Of a DNA stretch of 24,900 nucleotides, positions 24,449 to 24,900 are shown one piece after another. This stretch comes from a virus. Taxonomy: Duplodnaviria > Caudoviricetes. Both the position numbers and the translations under genes were made by a program. Below the pieces are notes generated by a model that did not search any database, was not told the origin of the DNA, and saw only the letters and a list, made by a program, of their open reading frames with translations. Position 1 is the stretch's first letter, and every line of letters begins with the position of its first letter. The stretch is taken from the IMG/VR virus record IMGVR_UViG_3300020043_006659, positions 1 to 24,900 of that record. One strand, given 5' to 3'.

Positions 24449-24607
24449 CATGATTACCCACCTCCTCGCCCTCCTCGTCGGCTTCATCGCCGGTGCCCTC
24501 GTCTTCCGCAAGCACGCCGTCAAGGCCAGCGAGCTCGAAGCCAAAGGCCGTCAGGCTCTCGACGCCCTCAAGGGCAAGTAAGCCGTGCGCCTGCTCCTGG
24601 TCATCGC
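24392..24607 (+). repeat. Direct repeat copy 2 (copy 1 at 13230-13445)
   Basis: Shared ccgcagac.cccgtcgacctcggccc ... gccctcaagggcaagtaagccgtgcgcct. Confidence 0.9.
24450..24581 (+). CDS. 43-aa single-TM protein, homologue of 13288-13419
   Basis: MITHLLALLVGFIAGALVFRKHAVKASELEAKGRQALDALKGK. Confidence 0.8.
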   Translation: MITHLLALLVGFIAGALVFRKHAVKASELEAKGRQALDALKGK

Positions 24608-24900
24608 CGCTCTGGCCCTGACCGGGTGCAGCCTGTTCCGCTCGTCGCCAGCGGACGTTCCCCTGCCCAAGCAGCCGGACGCCCCGACGACTCCTTCGGT
24701 CGTCCAGACCCTAGGCAAAGACCTCGACAAGACGGATCACCGCGTGGCCGCGTCCCTCGTCGCTATCGAGCGCAACGCCGACAAGCCCAAGGTGGTCGTC
24801 GCTGAGTCCCGCCTAGCCCAGTCCTATCTGCCCCAGCCCCCCGAGGCTGACGTCGCCTTCGCTATGGCCCGGGCCACCAAGGCCGACCCTATCGACTACG
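24585..24900 (+). CDS. Lipoprotein (spanin candidate), positional counterpart of 13423-14175; 3'-truncated by window edge
   Basis: GTG start, MRLLLVIAALALTG-C lipobox, Pro-rich linker; frame open to the window end. Confidence 0.7.
   Translation, partial: MRLLLVIAALALTGCSLFRSSPADVPLPKQPDAPTTPSVVQTLGKDLDKTDHRVAASLVAIERNADKPKVVVAESRLAQSYLPQPPEADVAFAMARATKADPIDY

Noticed and set aside
1-24900. tRNA, rRNA, CRISPR array, integrase, transposase or att site
   Set aside because: No cloverleaf, regularly spaced repeats or recombinase/transposase motifs were recognised by eye. Lifestyle (temperate or lytic) cannot be determined from this window.

Overview
A high-GC tailed-phage (siphovirus-like) sequence. 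On the + strand, 1-14835 is a morphogenesis and lysis block: lambda-type portal (5'-truncated), S49 prohead protease, scaffold, major capsid, head-tail and tail genes, a short tape measure, a collagen-containing tail fibre, a lipoprotein/spanin candidate, a holin and a 2-TM protein. Next comes a + strand DNA-metabolism block (14928-19556): ATP-dependent ligase, RecE-like nuclease, RecT, HExxH mini-protein, dNMP kinase, metallophosphoesterase and a wHTH protein. It converges on a - strand operon of small early-type genes ending in a lysozyme-like gene (19641-23280). From about 23420 to the end is a second, diverged copy of the fibre-tip/lysis cassette, split into two opposite-facing pieces joined at a GCGCGC palindrome (23869-23874). 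The simplest reading is that two related phage genomes are joined here, with a fold-back (MDA-type) chimera; a real rearrangement cannot be excluded. The best-supported unannotated signals are a five-copy upstream motif TTGCC-N7-GCA...AGACC-ATG (putative late promoter), a nested scaffold start, a multi-TM u-spanin candidate, a conserved block behind the variable fibre tips, and a multi-stem RNA element between the convergent operons. All product calls come from motifs and gene order read by eye; no database searches were run.
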